A DNA stretch of 64,000 nucleotides from Candidatus Komeilibacteria bacterium RIFOXYD1_FULL_37_29. GTDB lineage: Bacteria > Patescibacteriota > Patescibacteriia > UBA1558 > GWA2-36-10. Numbering within the stretch: the first letter of the stretch is position 1; the number at the start of each line of letters is the position of its first letter. This document shows, one piece after another, positions 49,570-58,851 of the stretch. Made by a program: the position numbers and the translations under genes. The DNA lies in the NCBI GenBank assembly GCA_001818495.1, contig MHKS01000005.1:402584-466583 (forward strand). The letters are read 5' to 3'. The notes beneath the pieces were generated by a model that ran no database searches, had not been told where the DNA came from, and saw only the letters and a program-made list of their open reading frames with translations.

Positions 49570-50394
49570 ATGCGTGGTATGATTAAAACCAATAAATCTT
49601 GGCAACGACACCTGCCAAAAAGACCGCAACCAGTAAAGCGGGATTATTATAATACCACTAGAGTTAGTTATCAAAAGACTGTCGTTAGGATTATTTTGGT
49701 TATTTTAGGGTTATTGCTAGTTCAAAGTATCTTTCAAATAAAATATTTTAAGATAGAAAAAATAAATTTGGCCGGTCAAAAGGATTTAAGTGTCGAAGAG
49801 GCACAACAGTTTATTATCAGTGAGCTAGCCAAGACCAAATTTTTCTTTTTTGAAGAAAATAATTACTGGCTAGCGCCAATAGATGAGCTAAGCTATCAAC
49901 TCAAGGAAAAATACAATTTAGAAGAAGCTAAAATAGAAAAAAAATGGCCGGACAGCTTGCTAGTTACGGTCAAAGAGAAAGTTTCACATTTTATTTGGCA
50001 AAAAGATAACTCATTATACCTCTTAGATGCTCACGGCCTCTTAAATCGCCAAATCAGCTTTTTGGACGATAAATACTTGGTTTTAGAAGACAAAAGAGAC
50101 TACAGACCGCAGGGTGAGCAAATTTTTACCCCTGAAGAGATAGAGGTTATCAATCAGATCTATTTGAACTGGAATGACCTAATAGCACCAAAGGTTAAAA
50201 TGTCTAAAATAACCATTTATAATGATTGGAATATAGATTTGCATACTGAGACTGGTTTTTATGTTAAAATAGACAAGGATCAAGATATTAAGGAACAGTT
50301 AAATAATCTCCGGGCAGTCTTAGAGGAGAACATTACGGGCGTTGATATAGACTATATAGATATCCGTTTCGGGGATAAGGTGTATTTTAAGTAG
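49570..50394 (+). CDS. ftsQ: Cell division protein FtsQ/DivIB-like
   Basis: Basic cytoplasmic tail, single TM, POTRA-like region (KKWPDSLLVTVKE), C-terminal YIDIRFGDKVYFK. Confidence 0.75.
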   Translation: MRGMIKTNKSWQRHLPKRPQPVKRDYYNTTRVSYQKTVVRIILVILGLLLVQSIFQIKYFKIEKINLAGQKDLSVEEAQQFIISELAKTKFFFFEENNYWLAPIDELSYQLKEKYNLEEAKIEKKWPDSLLVTVKEKVSHFIWQKDNSLYLLDAHGLLNRQISFLDDKYLVLEDKRDYRPQGEQIFTPEEIEVINQIYLNWNDLIAPKVKMSKITIYNDWNIDLHTETGFYVKIDKDQDIKEQLNNLRAVLEENITGVDIDYIDIRFGDKVYFK

Positions 50395-50443
50395 TATCTA
50401 TTAATAGTAGGCTTTTCTGGCCTATTTATTATATAGCATACTA

Positions 50444-50471
50444 ATTGAGTATAATAACTCTTACACTCAGT
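50444..50471. other. dif-like Xer recombination site (11-6-11)
   Basis: ATTGAGTATAA-TAACTC-TTACACTCAGT; arms 9/11 inverted-complementary; abuts the -35 of the recombinase gene. Confidence 0.6.
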
Positions 50472-50500
50472 TTGACAAGTATAAACCTAGCCTTTATAAT
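50472..50500 (+). promoter_or_regulatory. Consensus sigma70 promoter of the Xer gene (apparently leaderless)
   Basis: TTGACA-N17-TATAAT, then 6 nt to ATG 50507. Confidence 0.85.
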
Positions 50501-50506
50501 ATAAAT

Positions 50507-51463
50507 ATGGCTAAAAGCAAGACAAAATATAATCTCCCCCTCTTAGATGAGTTTCTCGAAAATATCCAGTCCAACAACTACTCTACAGAGACGGTCTATA
50601 ACTATGAAAGAGATTTAAATACTTTTGAAAATTTTTTAGAGGAAGATATTAAAATAGAATTTGATCAGTTGAATAAAAGATATATTATCAAATTCAAGGC
50701 GTATCTCTCCTCTACTTCCAGACAGACAGCTGCTCATGAGCATGGCGAAAAAAAATTATCCAGCTACAGCATCAATCGCATACTTTCTACGCTGCGGTCT
50801 TATGTTAAATTTTTAATAGATGTAGATTATAAATCTCCGATTAGTGCTGACTCTATCAAGTTACTCAAAACTGAAAAAAAGTACGGACAGGTGCCGGAAA
50901 TGCCTGACTTGATCAAGCTGATTGAGTGTCCAACCAAATTTGAAACAGACCCAACCATCAAATTAAGAAACAGAGCTATGTTGGAAACACTTTTTGCTAC
51001 TGGCATGCGTATATCGGAGTTATTATCTTTAAAGCGCCAGCAATTGGATAATACTGGGCGTATTTATATCATGGGTAAAGGCAAAAAACAGCGCTTTGTT
51101 TATTTGACACCGCGAGCCATCAAACACATTAAAGATTATCTAGATGCTCGCCACGATGAAGCTCCTTATCTTTTTATACCCTATCGTGGTAGAAATAATG
51201 CCGATAAGTACAAAAAAATTTCTACCAATTATTTGCAGTATAAAATAAAAAGATATCGCGAACTTCTATCTATCAATATGCCAATATCGGCTCACTCTAT
51301 TCGTCATGCCTTTGCTACTTACCTAGCTGAAAATGGCGCCAACCCAGCCGCTATTCAAATACTTTTGGGTCATGAGTCACTAGACACCACTACTAGATAT
51401 GTTCATGCTAGTGATCGTTATGCTGAAAAAATGCATACGGATTTTCATCCTCTTAAAAAGTAA
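50507..51463 (+). CDS. XerC/XerD-family tyrosine recombinase
   Basis: SAM-like N-terminal domain, TGMRISE, GKGKK.R, HSIRH, LLGH, TTTRY. Confidence 0.9.
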   Translation: MAKSKTKYNLPLLDEFLENIQSNNYSTETVYNYERDLNTFENFLEEDIKIEFDQLNKRYIIKFKAYLSSTSRQTAAHEHGEKKLSSYSINRILSTLRSYVKFLIDVDYKSPISADSIKLLKTEKKYGQVPEMPDLIKLIECPTKFETDPTIKLRNRAMLETLFATGMRISELLSLKRQQLDNTGRIYIMGKGKKQRFVYLTPRAIKHIKDYLDARHDEAPYLFIPYRGRNNADKYKKISTNYLQYKIKRYRELLSINMPISAHSIRHAFATYLAENGANPAAIQILLGHESLDTTTRYVHASDRYAEKMHTDFHPLKK

Positions 51464-51491
51464 TAAAAATATTGCGTTTGTATTATTAATT

Positions 51492-51507
51492 TAGCTAATA
51501 TTAGCTA
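51492..51507. promoter_or_regulatory. 16-bp perfect palindrome, copy 1 (candidate operator)
   Basis: TAGCTAATATTAGCTA, 28 nt upstream of a TTGACA; identical copy at 63659. Confidence 0.6.
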
Positions 51508-51535
51508 TTTTTGTTTAATCTTGGGTAATCTATTA

Positions 51536-51691
51536 TTGACACATTAGGTTAAATATGTTATTATTTAGAATCGTAGCAACAGCCTCATCGTTGTTTACTA
51601 CGATAATCTGCTGGATTGCTAGCAAAGGAAGGTAATTTATGTAGATTTTTTAGGAGGGCTGACAAGCATACGGTCAGCTCTCTTTCTTTTT
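51536..51691 (+). ncRNA. Candidate ~120-nt structured small RNA with an SD-ATG-TAG minimal ORF (promoter included in span)
   Basis: TTGACA-N17-TATTAT (51536-51564); hairpins at 51571-51603 and 51609-51624; AAGGAAGG-N6-ATGTAG; terminator GAGGGCTGAC/GTCAGCTCTC + T-run. Confidence 0.5.
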
Positions 51692-51695
51692 ATCC

Positions 51696-51939
51696 AAAAA
51701 TAATAGAGACCCCCGGAGGTGACCAAGGGTCTCTTTTTCCAGTCGATAGTGACTGGTTGCCGTGACCTGTTTTGCAGGTTGAGATAGTAATATTTTTGCC
51801 CAAAATTAGAGCCGAATACTCGCCATCGGGAGCAACAGAAGTCCAATGGTTTGCACCATAGGCGTTAAAATCAGGTACTACTTCTCAAGAACAGGTCTGG
51901 TTTCTTGAGAAGATTAACATTGATTATACAATTTGTCAA
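51696..51939 (-). ncRNA. Candidate ~200-nt structured RNA (promoter included in span)
   Basis: Minus strand TTGACA-N17-TAATCT (51939-51911); long-range GACCTGTT/AACAGGTC and TTGAGA/TCTCAA pairing; ATGGT-GCAA-ACCAT GNRA hairpin; terminator 51705-51734. Confidence 0.45.
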
Positions 51940-51942
51940 TTA

Positions 51943-51970
51943 TAAAAGCCCTCAAACTGGAGGGCTTTTA
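51943..51970. terminator. Intrinsic terminator downstream of the M23 gene
   Basis: TAAAAGCCCTC-N6-GAGGGCTTTTA. Confidence 0.85.
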
Positions 51971-51982
51971 GTAAATATTTTT

Positions 51983-53239
51983 TTAAGGAAGATAATTTAA
52001 GGGATCAACTGGTACACCATTTAGACGTATTTCTAAATGTAAATGTGGTCCGGTAGATAGTGGCCCAGAACCTCTAGTACCCGGCATACCGCCACTGTAA
52101 CCAATAATATCTCCTTTGGAGACAAATTGATCTTCCGATACACTGATTTCATTGACATGTCCATAGACACTGGAAAGACTATCGGCATGAACTAGCATGA
52201 TATAGCTATAACCAGTATTTCCTCCATCTCTAGCTTTAGCTACATAGCCAGATTCTACCGCTCTAATGGCTGTTCCTTGTGGAGTAGCAATATCTACAGC
52301 CGGATGTTCGAAAATATAGCGATAAGGATAATCTGGATCATGGAAATAAGCGGTAATTCTTTGGGAAATAACTGGCCACATTAGACCATCGCTTTTTATA
52401 TTATCCAACTCTAATTGGCGGTTGACTTTTTCTCGAGCTACTTTTTCTAAATAAACGATGTCGCTGTTGATTTGTTCTTGTTCTTCTTTGGCTTGATTCA
52501 GTAATTCTTGATATTTAGCTTCTTGTCCGCGAGTATTGGACATCAGAGAAAATTTGACGGTTTTTTGTCCATCCAAAGTCCCCCTTTTACCTTCTAAAAT
52601 GTTATTTAAAGCATCTAATTCCCCTTTTTCATTTTCTAGGGCACCTTTATCGCTATCAAGAGCTAGTTTTATTTCTTGTAGTTCTTCTACTCCCTCAAAT
52701 AAATTATCTTGGACATCCTCTAAACGTTCTAAGTCAGCTATAAAATCACTAAAGTTGTCGTTTAGTATGAGTATTTCCAAGAGGCTATTTTTTTGCTGTT
52801 GTCTATGCAAAGATCTGAGTACTTCGGCTAAAATTTCTTTTTGCTTATTTATTTCTTCTTCTTTGGCATTGATTTTTAGTTGGGTATTTTCTATTTTTAA
52901 GTTTATTGTTTCTATTTCTAATTCAGCTGCTTCTATTTCCAAGTTTATTTTGGCGATACTTTCATTTAAGGTGCTGATTTGAGATGATAAATTACCCAAC
53001 TCTTTTTGCTTGGCAGAAATATTTTTTTGGTAGATATCAATTTGTCGTCTCAGTTCTTGTATTTCTGATCTTTTATCATTGATATCTTGGTTTATTTGCC
53101 AGGTTTCGACATTGTTTAGATCTCCCATCTTATACTCTACTGCTTCGGAGTTTTTAGCCAAAAAAATAAAACCAAAAAGTAGCATGGTCAAGATAGTGAG
53201 CGATATTTTAGGGCTGATTTTTATTTTTATTTGTAGCAT
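51983..53239 (-). CDS. Coiled-coil + M23 metallopeptidase (CwlO/EnvC-like architecture, catalytic motifs intact)
   Basis: Signal/TM, long coiled coil, HPAVD (HxxxD), YGH, TGPHLHLE (HxH). ATG at 53239 preferred over TTG at 53287. Confidence 0.85.
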   Translation of the reverse strand: MLQIKIKISPKISLTILTMLLFGFIFLAKNSEAVEYKMGDLNNVETWQINQDINDKRSEIQELRRQIDIYQKNISAKQKELGNLSSQISTLNESIAKINLEIEAAELEIETINLKIENTQLKINAKEEEINKQKEILAEVLRSLHRQQQKNSLLEILILNDNFSDFIADLERLEDVQDNLFEGVEELQEIKLALDSDKGALENEKGELDALNNILEGKRGTLDGQKTVKFSLMSNTRGQEAKYQELLNQAKEEQEQINSDIVYLEKVAREKVNRQLELDNIKSDGLMWPVISQRITAYFHDPDYPYRYIFEHPAVDIATPQGTAIRAVESGYVAKARDGGNTGYSYIMLVHADSLSSVYGHVNEISVSEDQFVSKGDIIGYSGGMPGTRGSGPLSTGPHLHLEIRLNGVPVDPLNYLP

Positions 53240-53290
53240 GGGATGAAATATATAGTATATTATAGCATATTTTGGTAATGTTGGCAAGAA

Positions 53291-54718
53291 TTATTTCAAT
53301 TTATTGATAGCTTGTTTTATTCTAAGCAAAGCTTCGTCTTTACCCAAAAACTCCAATAATTCTATGGGAGAGGGACTTTTCTCCAAGCCAGAACAGGCTA
53401 CTCTTAGTGGCCAAAAAATATCTCCGGGGTTGAGTTTTCTTTTGCTCATAATATCTTCAATAGTAGTATTTATTTTGTCTTGAGACCATTCACTGTGATG
53501 TATTTTTCCCAAGACTCCCAAAGCCAAATTTAAGCCCTCGGTAGTTTTAGTTAAATCGGATTTTTTAAACACTAGCATTTCTTTGGGATAATCCGGTAGT
53601 TTAAATAAAAATTCACTATTTTGAGCCAATTGGGATAGGCTGTCTATTCTAGAACCAAATAATAGTAAAACTTTTTTGGCTTGATGAGCATTTTTACCCA
53701 AGAATTTTTCTGCACTGTCTACTAGTTGGTTAAATCTTTTATCACTCTGTTGGATTATTTTTTTAATATACTCAGCATTGAACCAATTCAATTTTTTAAT
53801 ATCAAAGACTGCTCCGGCTTTATTTATTTTATCCAGAGAAAATTCTTTTATTAAATCGTCTACTAAGAAAAACTCTTTGTCGTTGCCGGGATTCCAGCCC
53901 AATAGCGCTACATAGTTTATCAGCGCCTCTATAATATAACCTTTATTTAAGTAATCTTCTACCGCTACATCACCCTGTCTTTTGGATAGTTTAGATTTAT
54001 CGGGATTTAATAAAAGCGGCAGATGAACAAAAATCGGTTGAGCGTAGTCTAGAGCATTATATAGCAAAATATGTTTAGGTAAAGATGGCATCCATTCTTC
54101 ACCGCGGATGACATGGGTGATGCGCATATCATGATCATCAACCACACTAGCCAGATGATAGGTTGGAAATTTATTTGATTTTAAAATTACAAAATCATCC
54201 AAATTTTTGCTGTGGACTGATATTTTTCCATAAACTTTATCTTCAGCAGTAATGATTTCATTGGTTGGTATTTTAAAACGGACTACAAATTTTTCTCCAG
54301 CTTTTATTTTTTGGTCCGTTTCCTCTGGACTGAGATCAAGGCAATGACGATCGTATTTGGGCACTTGTTTATTTTTTTGTTGTTCTTGGCGCACTTGATC
54401 TAGTCTTTCGGGAGAGCAAAAACAGCGATAGGCAAAATGATGGTCTATTAATTTATCCGTAGCTTTTTGGTAGAGTTTTAGTCTGTTAGACTGATGCTTT
54501 ATTTCTTCATTAGATTTTATACCCAGCTGGTTCAAGGTTTCAATCAATTGTTTATCAGCGCCCGGCACTAATCTTTCTTGATCAGTATCCTCTATTCTGA
54601 TTAGAAATTCACCCTGATTTTTTTTGGCCCATAAATAGGAAAAAAGGGCCGTGCGTAAACCGCCGATATGTAAATATCCAGTGGGGCTGGGAGCAAATCT
54701 AGTTCTTACTTTATGCAT
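53291..54718 (-). CDS. gltX: Glutamate--tRNA ligase
   Basis: RFAPSPTGYLHIGG, RIEDTD, YRCFC, HVIRGEEW, KLSKR. Confidence 0.96.
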   Translation of the reverse strand: MHKVRTRFAPSPTGYLHIGGLRTALFSYLWAKKNQGEFLIRIEDTDQERLVPGADKQLIETLNQLGIKSNEEIKHQSNRLKLYQKATDKLIDHHFAYRCFCSPERLDQVRQEQQKNKQVPKYDRHCLDLSPEETDQKIKAGEKFVVRFKIPTNEIITAEDKVYGKISVHSKNLDDFVILKSNKFPTYHLASVVDDHDMRITHVIRGEEWMPSLPKHILLYNALDYAQPIFVHLPLLLNPDKSKLSKRQGDVAVEDYLNKGYIIEALINYVALLGWNPGNDKEFFLVDDLIKEFSLDKINKAGAVFDIKKLNWFNAEYIKKIIQQSDKRFNQLVDSAEKFLGKNAHQAKKVLLLFGSRIDSLSQLAQNSEFLFKLPDYPKEMLVFKKSDLTKTTEGLNLALGVLGKIHHSEWSQDKINTTIEDIMSKRKLNPGDIFWPLRVACSGLEKSPSPIELLEFLGKDEALLRIKQAINKLK

Positions 54719-54722
54719 ATAG

Positions 54723-55445
54723 TTATTTTTTTCCTTTGTTTTTATAGATTAAATAGGGAAAGACAATGACTGCTCGAACAATACGAGATAATCTACCTGG
54801 CTGAAGTGATAATCTCCATAACCATTCCAAACCCAGACTTTGCATTAGTTTGGGAGCCCTTTTTATAGTACCAGAGATAAAGTCAAAAGTTCCCCCTACT
54901 CCAGCCGCTATTTTGGTACTGGGTATTTTTTCTATATTTTCAGCAATCCAAAAATTTTGCCAAGGTGCGCCAAAGCCCACTAAAACAATATCGGGAGAAA
55001 ATTTTTGACCAAGTTCTAAAGCATTATTTTCGTCAGCAATTTGCCAGTTTAAAGCAGGATATTGTTTTTCGATAACGTCGCTTAATTTTTGATTACTGGT
55101 CAACCCTTGGCTATACAAACAAAACATTATTTTTAGCTTTTTATTCACCGCTAGATCAATCAGTATTTCATTTAGTCTCACGCCGGTAATGCGGTGAGCT
55201 AATGATACATCGTGACCCAAATATTGTAGAGCTTTGATAATACCGGCGCCGTCAATCAGCGAAACGCTAGCTTGATTTAATATTTCCAAAAATTTTTTGT
55301 TTTTTTGAGCTGTCACTATAAATTCTGGGTTGACAGTAACAATTTGATGTTGCTTTTTTGAATTTAAAAAATCAACTAATGTATTTTTTAAAAGATGCTC
55401 GGCTATGATATTTATTTTTACTCCTAATAAATTATATTGGGTCAT
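54723..55445 (-). CDS. WecB/TagA/CpsF family glycosyltransferase (GT26)
   Basis: TVNPE, DGAG, RITG, VGFGAPWQ, GVGGTFDF, RAP...GLEWLWRL. Confidence 0.9.
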   Translation of the reverse strand: MTQYNLLGVKINIIAEHLLKNTLVDFLNSKKQHQIVTVNPEFIVTAQKNKKFLEILNQASVSLIDGAGIIKALQYLGHDVSLAHRITGVRLNEILIDLAVNKKLKIMFCLYSQGLTSNQKLSDVIEKQYPALNWQIADENNALELGQKFSPDIVLVGFGAPWQNFWIAENIEKIPSTKIAAGVGGTFDFISGTIKRAPKLMQSLGLEWLWRLSLQPGRLSRIVRAVIVFPYLIYKNKGKK

Positions 55446-55993
55446 AAGTCAAAGGTTTGTAAGCTAGTATATTCTGGACCATTTTTGGTCAGATTGCTTT
55501 CTTGTAGTTCAAAATATGATGTATAGAAAGATTTATTAATGGTCCAAGTATTAAAGGGCGTCAGTTCATCAAGCTGTAGACTTTTTTTGATACGCGCTAA
55601 AGTAAGATGAGCGGAAAAGCGGCGACCTTCTTTGTGAGCCAAGCCATCGTCAAAAAGAGCATCTTCTATTTGGTCGTATAATTTTTGTAAATTTTGATTA
55701 TTTTTAATGCCTAGATTTAAAATTTTTGGCCGATCCGGAGAAAATATTTGGGTTTGGTCTATGGATAATTCTAGATCCTTTAGGCCCAATTTTACTTTAT
55801 TTAAGCTGTCTATGAGATCTGGTATATTTTCAATCTTAAACTCCCCTAAAAATTTTAACGTTAGATGGATTTGTTCGCTACGAACAGGTTTGATTTTTTC
55901 CCAGGGTAAATCCAAACTAGAGAATTTTTTCATGATATCTCTGCTGATAATCGGATCAACCGGTAGGGCTATAAATAATCTTTTTGTCTCCAT
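55442..55993 (-). CDS. thpR: RNA 2',3'-cyclic phosphodiesterase (2H family)
   Basis: RLFIAL, HLTLKFLG, HLTLAR, S.L...GPEY. Confidence 0.9.
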   Translation of the reverse strand: METKRLFIALPVDPIISRDIMKKFSSLDLPWEKIKPVRSEQIHLTLKFLGEFKIENIPDLIDSLNKVKLGLKDLELSIDQTQIFSPDRPKILNLGIKNNQNLQKLYDQIEDALFDDGLAHKEGRRFSAHLTLARIKKSLQLDELTPFNTWTINKSFYTSYFELQESNLTKNGPEYTSLQTFDL

Positions 55994-56120
55994 TTTTTTA
56001 GGAAATAATAAGTTACTCTAGCTTGATTTTATCTTAAATAGGCTCAAAAATCAATGGCTATAATATTAAATTTTTGCTATAATACATAAACTAAAATAAA
56101 TAATAGAAGGAATTAGCCAT

Positions 56121-57632
56121 ATGACCAATTTTTACAAGAAAAACATAGCTATTTTTGTTATGTTTACTCTATTTATCCCCAATTTAGTTTGGGGGGCAGA
56201 AGTAGATTTAAATAATTATAACTACATTATCTCTGATGCGGAAGCATTGAATTATCAATCTATGGATAAAAAAGATATCCAAGAATTTTTAGATTCTAAA
56301 GGTGGCTATATAGCTAATAAGTCCTATATGGGCAATAATCCATCTCCAGAACAATTAGCTTTAGATCCAAATAAGGAATATCCAAAAACTAGAACCACAG
56401 CTGAAATAATATATAACGCCGCACAAGAAGCCAAGATTAATCCACAGTTTTTGATTACTATGCTACAGAAAGAGATGAGTTTAATCACAGACAAAGCTCC
56501 TACAGAAAATCAACAAAAGTATGCTATGGGTTATGATTGTCCAGATAGAAGTGGCTGTGCTTTTAAAACTAGTGGTTTTGCTAACCAAGTAAGAGCAACC
56601 GCTCAGCAATTTGCTTGGGATTTAGGCAAAGATGAAGAAACTGGCAAGTATAGAATCTATGGGTATAGCTGGTCTCCAGGTAAAACATCTTGTGCAGATG
56701 ATTACAATTCATTTTTACCATGTACTTCTGATGGTATTGAAGTTACCCCTGAAAATAGGATTACAGCCGCTATGTATAGATATACGCCCCATGTGGTAGG
56801 AAATATGAATTTTAAAAGAATATGGAATAAATATGGTTTTGGTGGAGAAATTGATGATGAGGAAAATGATTTACCAGTAGCAGAGCCCGGTTTTTTCCCA
56901 GAGGGAGCTCTACTTAAATCCAAAGGCAGTCAAGCGGGCACTATTTATTTGATTACTGGTGGAGAAAAAAGAGCCTTTGCTGACATGACGTCTTTGTTAT
57001 CACGTTTTGATCCAGATAAAGTATTATTAGTTGATTCTGCTGAATTGGACAAATACGATAATGGTTATATTATAGCTTATGCTAATTATTCTGTTTTAGA
57101 AAGTCCCGATGGCGATAGATACTTGATTGATGGTTTGACCAAACGGCTGATTGTTTCCGATGAAATTTTCCGTCAATTGGGCTTTAATCCTGATGAAATA
57201 GAAAAGGTCAGCCAGTCAGAGCTAGACGCTTATGTCACTGGTGATTCTTTAGATGCTTCAGCTAGTCCTTTTGCCGAGCTCTGGCAAGACATGTCTAATG
57301 AGGCCATTTATTTGGTTAAAGACGGTCAGAAACACAGAATAGTTGATCAATTTATTGTAGATGTCAATTTTCCGGCCATGAAGATAAAAGATGTTACTAC
57401 TAAAACTTTAGATGATTTGAAAACCAGTACGCCAATCAAACTGGTAGATGGAACACTAATAAAAGTTGAGACTGATGCCAGAGTTTATGTTATATCTAAT
57501 GGCCAGCGTCGTTTGATTCCCGATGGTAATACTTTTGGTAAATTGGGCTACAGTTGGGCCGGTATTTATGCAGTGCCTAGTAAAATAATGAATCTACATC
57601 AATTAGGAGAGCCTATTTTAAGCCGAGAATAA
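56121..57632 (+). CDS. Secreted protein with putative lysozyme-like N-terminal domain and four C-terminal ~60-aa repeats
   Basis: Signal peptide; AAQEAKINPQFLITMLQKE.SL, MGYDCPD, YRYTPH; repeats IYLITGGEKRAF / RYLIDGLTKRLI / IYLVKDGQKHRI / VYVISNGQRRLI. Confidence 0.6.
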   Translation: MTNFYKKNIAIFVMFTLFIPNLVWGAEVDLNNYNYIISDAEALNYQSMDKKDIQEFLDSKGGYIANKSYMGNNPSPEQLALDPNKEYPKTRTTAEIIYNAAQEAKINPQFLITMLQKEMSLITDKAPTENQQKYAMGYDCPDRSGCAFKTSGFANQVRATAQQFAWDLGKDEETGKYRIYGYSWSPGKTSCADDYNSFLPCTSDGIEVTPENRITAAMYRYTPHVVGNMNFKRIWNKYGFGGEIDDEENDLPVAEPGFFPEGALLKSKGSQAGTIYLITGGEKRAFADMTSLLSRFDPDKVLLVDSAELDKYDNGYIIAYANYSVLESPDGDRYLIDGLTKRLIVSDEIFRQLGFNPDEIEKVSQSELDAYVTGDSLDASASPFAELWQDMSNEAIYLVKDGQKHRIVDQFIVDVNFPAMKIKDVTTKTLDDLKTSTPIKLVDGTLIKVETDARVYVISNGQRRLIPDGNTFGKLGYSWAGIYAVPSKIMNLHQLGEPILSRE

Positions 57633-57638
57633 AATAAT

Positions 57639-58430
57639 ATGATAACCTTTGCTTGCTTTGTCCCCCATTCTCCCATTTTGATTCCCGAGGTGGGCAAAGA
57701 AAATCTAGACAAATTAAAAGATACAGTTAAAGCCTACAAGAATTTGGAAGAAGATTTGTATTCGGCCAAACCAGATATTATAATTATTATTTCTCCTCAT
57801 GCCAATAGTCAGGCTGGGCAGTTTTTTACCATAAATCAAAGTCCTTATTTTAATTTAAATTTTAAAAAATTTGGTGATTTGGTAACCAAAGTGCAACTAG
57901 TAAATGAAATTGGTTTTGGCTATAAAATAAAAGAATCTTGTGAAGATTTTTTTCCTATTATACTAACCGCTGATCAAGAATTGGATTATGGTAGTGGTGT
58001 GCCTTTGTTTTATTTGACCGAGCATTTGCGTCAGACCAAAATAGTTAGTATTGGTTATGCGGATTTATCTTATTCTGATCATGTAAAATTTGGACAACTT
58101 ATCCGTAAACAAATAAATTTATCTGGTCAACGAGTGGCTATTATTGCTTCGGGAGATTTGTCACACAAATTACACAAAGATTCTCCAGCCGGTTATTCAG
58201 ATCGGGCTCAGGAGTTTGATCAGACAATTATGAAATTAATTCAAGAAAAAGATATTGATAAAATTTTGGATCTTGATCAAGAGCTAATCAAAGAGTCTGG
58301 TGCTTGCGGACTGCGTTCTCTTTTGATACTACTAGGCATTATTAAGGAACTAAATTATCAGCCGGTGCAACTTAGCTATCAATCGCCTTTTGGCATCGGA
58401 TATCTAGTAGAGAACTTTGAGGTTAAATAA
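57639..58430 (+). CDS. LigB/Memo-like protein (AmmeMemoRadiSam protein B type)
   Basis: VPHSP, ISPH, LDYG..VPL, IASGDLSH, ACG, YQSPFGIGY. Confidence 0.8.
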   Translation: MITFACFVPHSPILIPEVGKENLDKLKDTVKAYKNLEEDLYSAKPDIIIIISPHANSQAGQFFTINQSPYFNLNFKKFGDLVTKVQLVNEIGFGYKIKESCEDFFPIILTADQELDYGSGVPLFYLTEHLRQTKIVSIGYADLSYSDHVKFGQLIRKQINLSGQRVAIIASGDLSHKLHKDSPAGYSDRAQEFDQTIMKLIQEKDIDKILDLDQELIKESGACGLRSLLILLGIIKELNYQPVQLSYQSPFGIGYLVENFEVK

Positions 58431-58441
58431 TCCTATATTTT

Positions 58442-58464
58442 AAAAGCCCCTGTTAGGGGCTTTT
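58442..58464. terminator. Bidirectional terminator
   Basis: AAAAGCCCCT-GTT-AGGGGCTTTT between convergent genes. Confidence 0.8.
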
Positions 58465-58713
58465 TTTGTTTTTAGATATTAATTTAAAAAAGTAACGCCA
58501 TTGGCCCAGCCCGTGTGATAATTCTTTGGTATCATCTAGGCATTTTTCTATAACATTTCGGTCATAATCTTTACAAACTTTAAAGACGGAATTTCTTTTA
58601 GAATAAGGCACTTTTAATTCTGCTATAATATGTAAAGCTAAATCTTGCCACTTATAAGTCGGGGCCTTGGGGGCGTCTTTTTTACTTTTAAATATATCAG
58701 CTATTTGTTGCAT
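58453..58713 (-). CDS. Hypothetical protein (86 aa), apparently leaderless
   Basis: Uncontested ORF; ATGACT-N17-TAAACT-N6-ATG upstream. Confidence 0.65.
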   Translation of the reverse strand: MQQIADIFKSKKDAPKAPTYKWQDLALHIIAELKVPYSKRNSVFKVCKDYDRNVIEKCLDDTKELSHGLGQWRYFFKLISKNKKSP

Positions 58714-58851
58714 AGCTATAGTTTAACAAAAAAGACACGTTTAGTCATCAGGACAAATCATTGACAAAAGGCCTTAAATATAATAGATTTACTGGTCTAT
58801 TGATCACCATTAGTCAATAATTGTACAACCATTTCAGAGAGGAGATGTTAT

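Noticed and set aside
51637-51846. 69-aa minus-strand ORF from the track
   Set aside because: TTG start with no SD, runs through two terminator hairpins, and has no protein-like features.
51536-51939. tRNA, tmRNA or RNase P RNA
   Set aside because: No cloverleaf or T-loop, no GGGG...CCA tRNA-like ends and no GAGGAAAGUCC signature on either strand.
50507-51970. Prophage or genomic-island integrase
   Set aside because: Flanked by housekeeping genes with no phage genes, tRNA or att duplication; length and motifs fit a chromosomal Xer.
52536-52982. 148-aa + strand ORF and other short antisense ORFs inside recognised genes
   Set aside because: Antisense to well-supported CDSs; composition reflects the reverse complement of codon bias.
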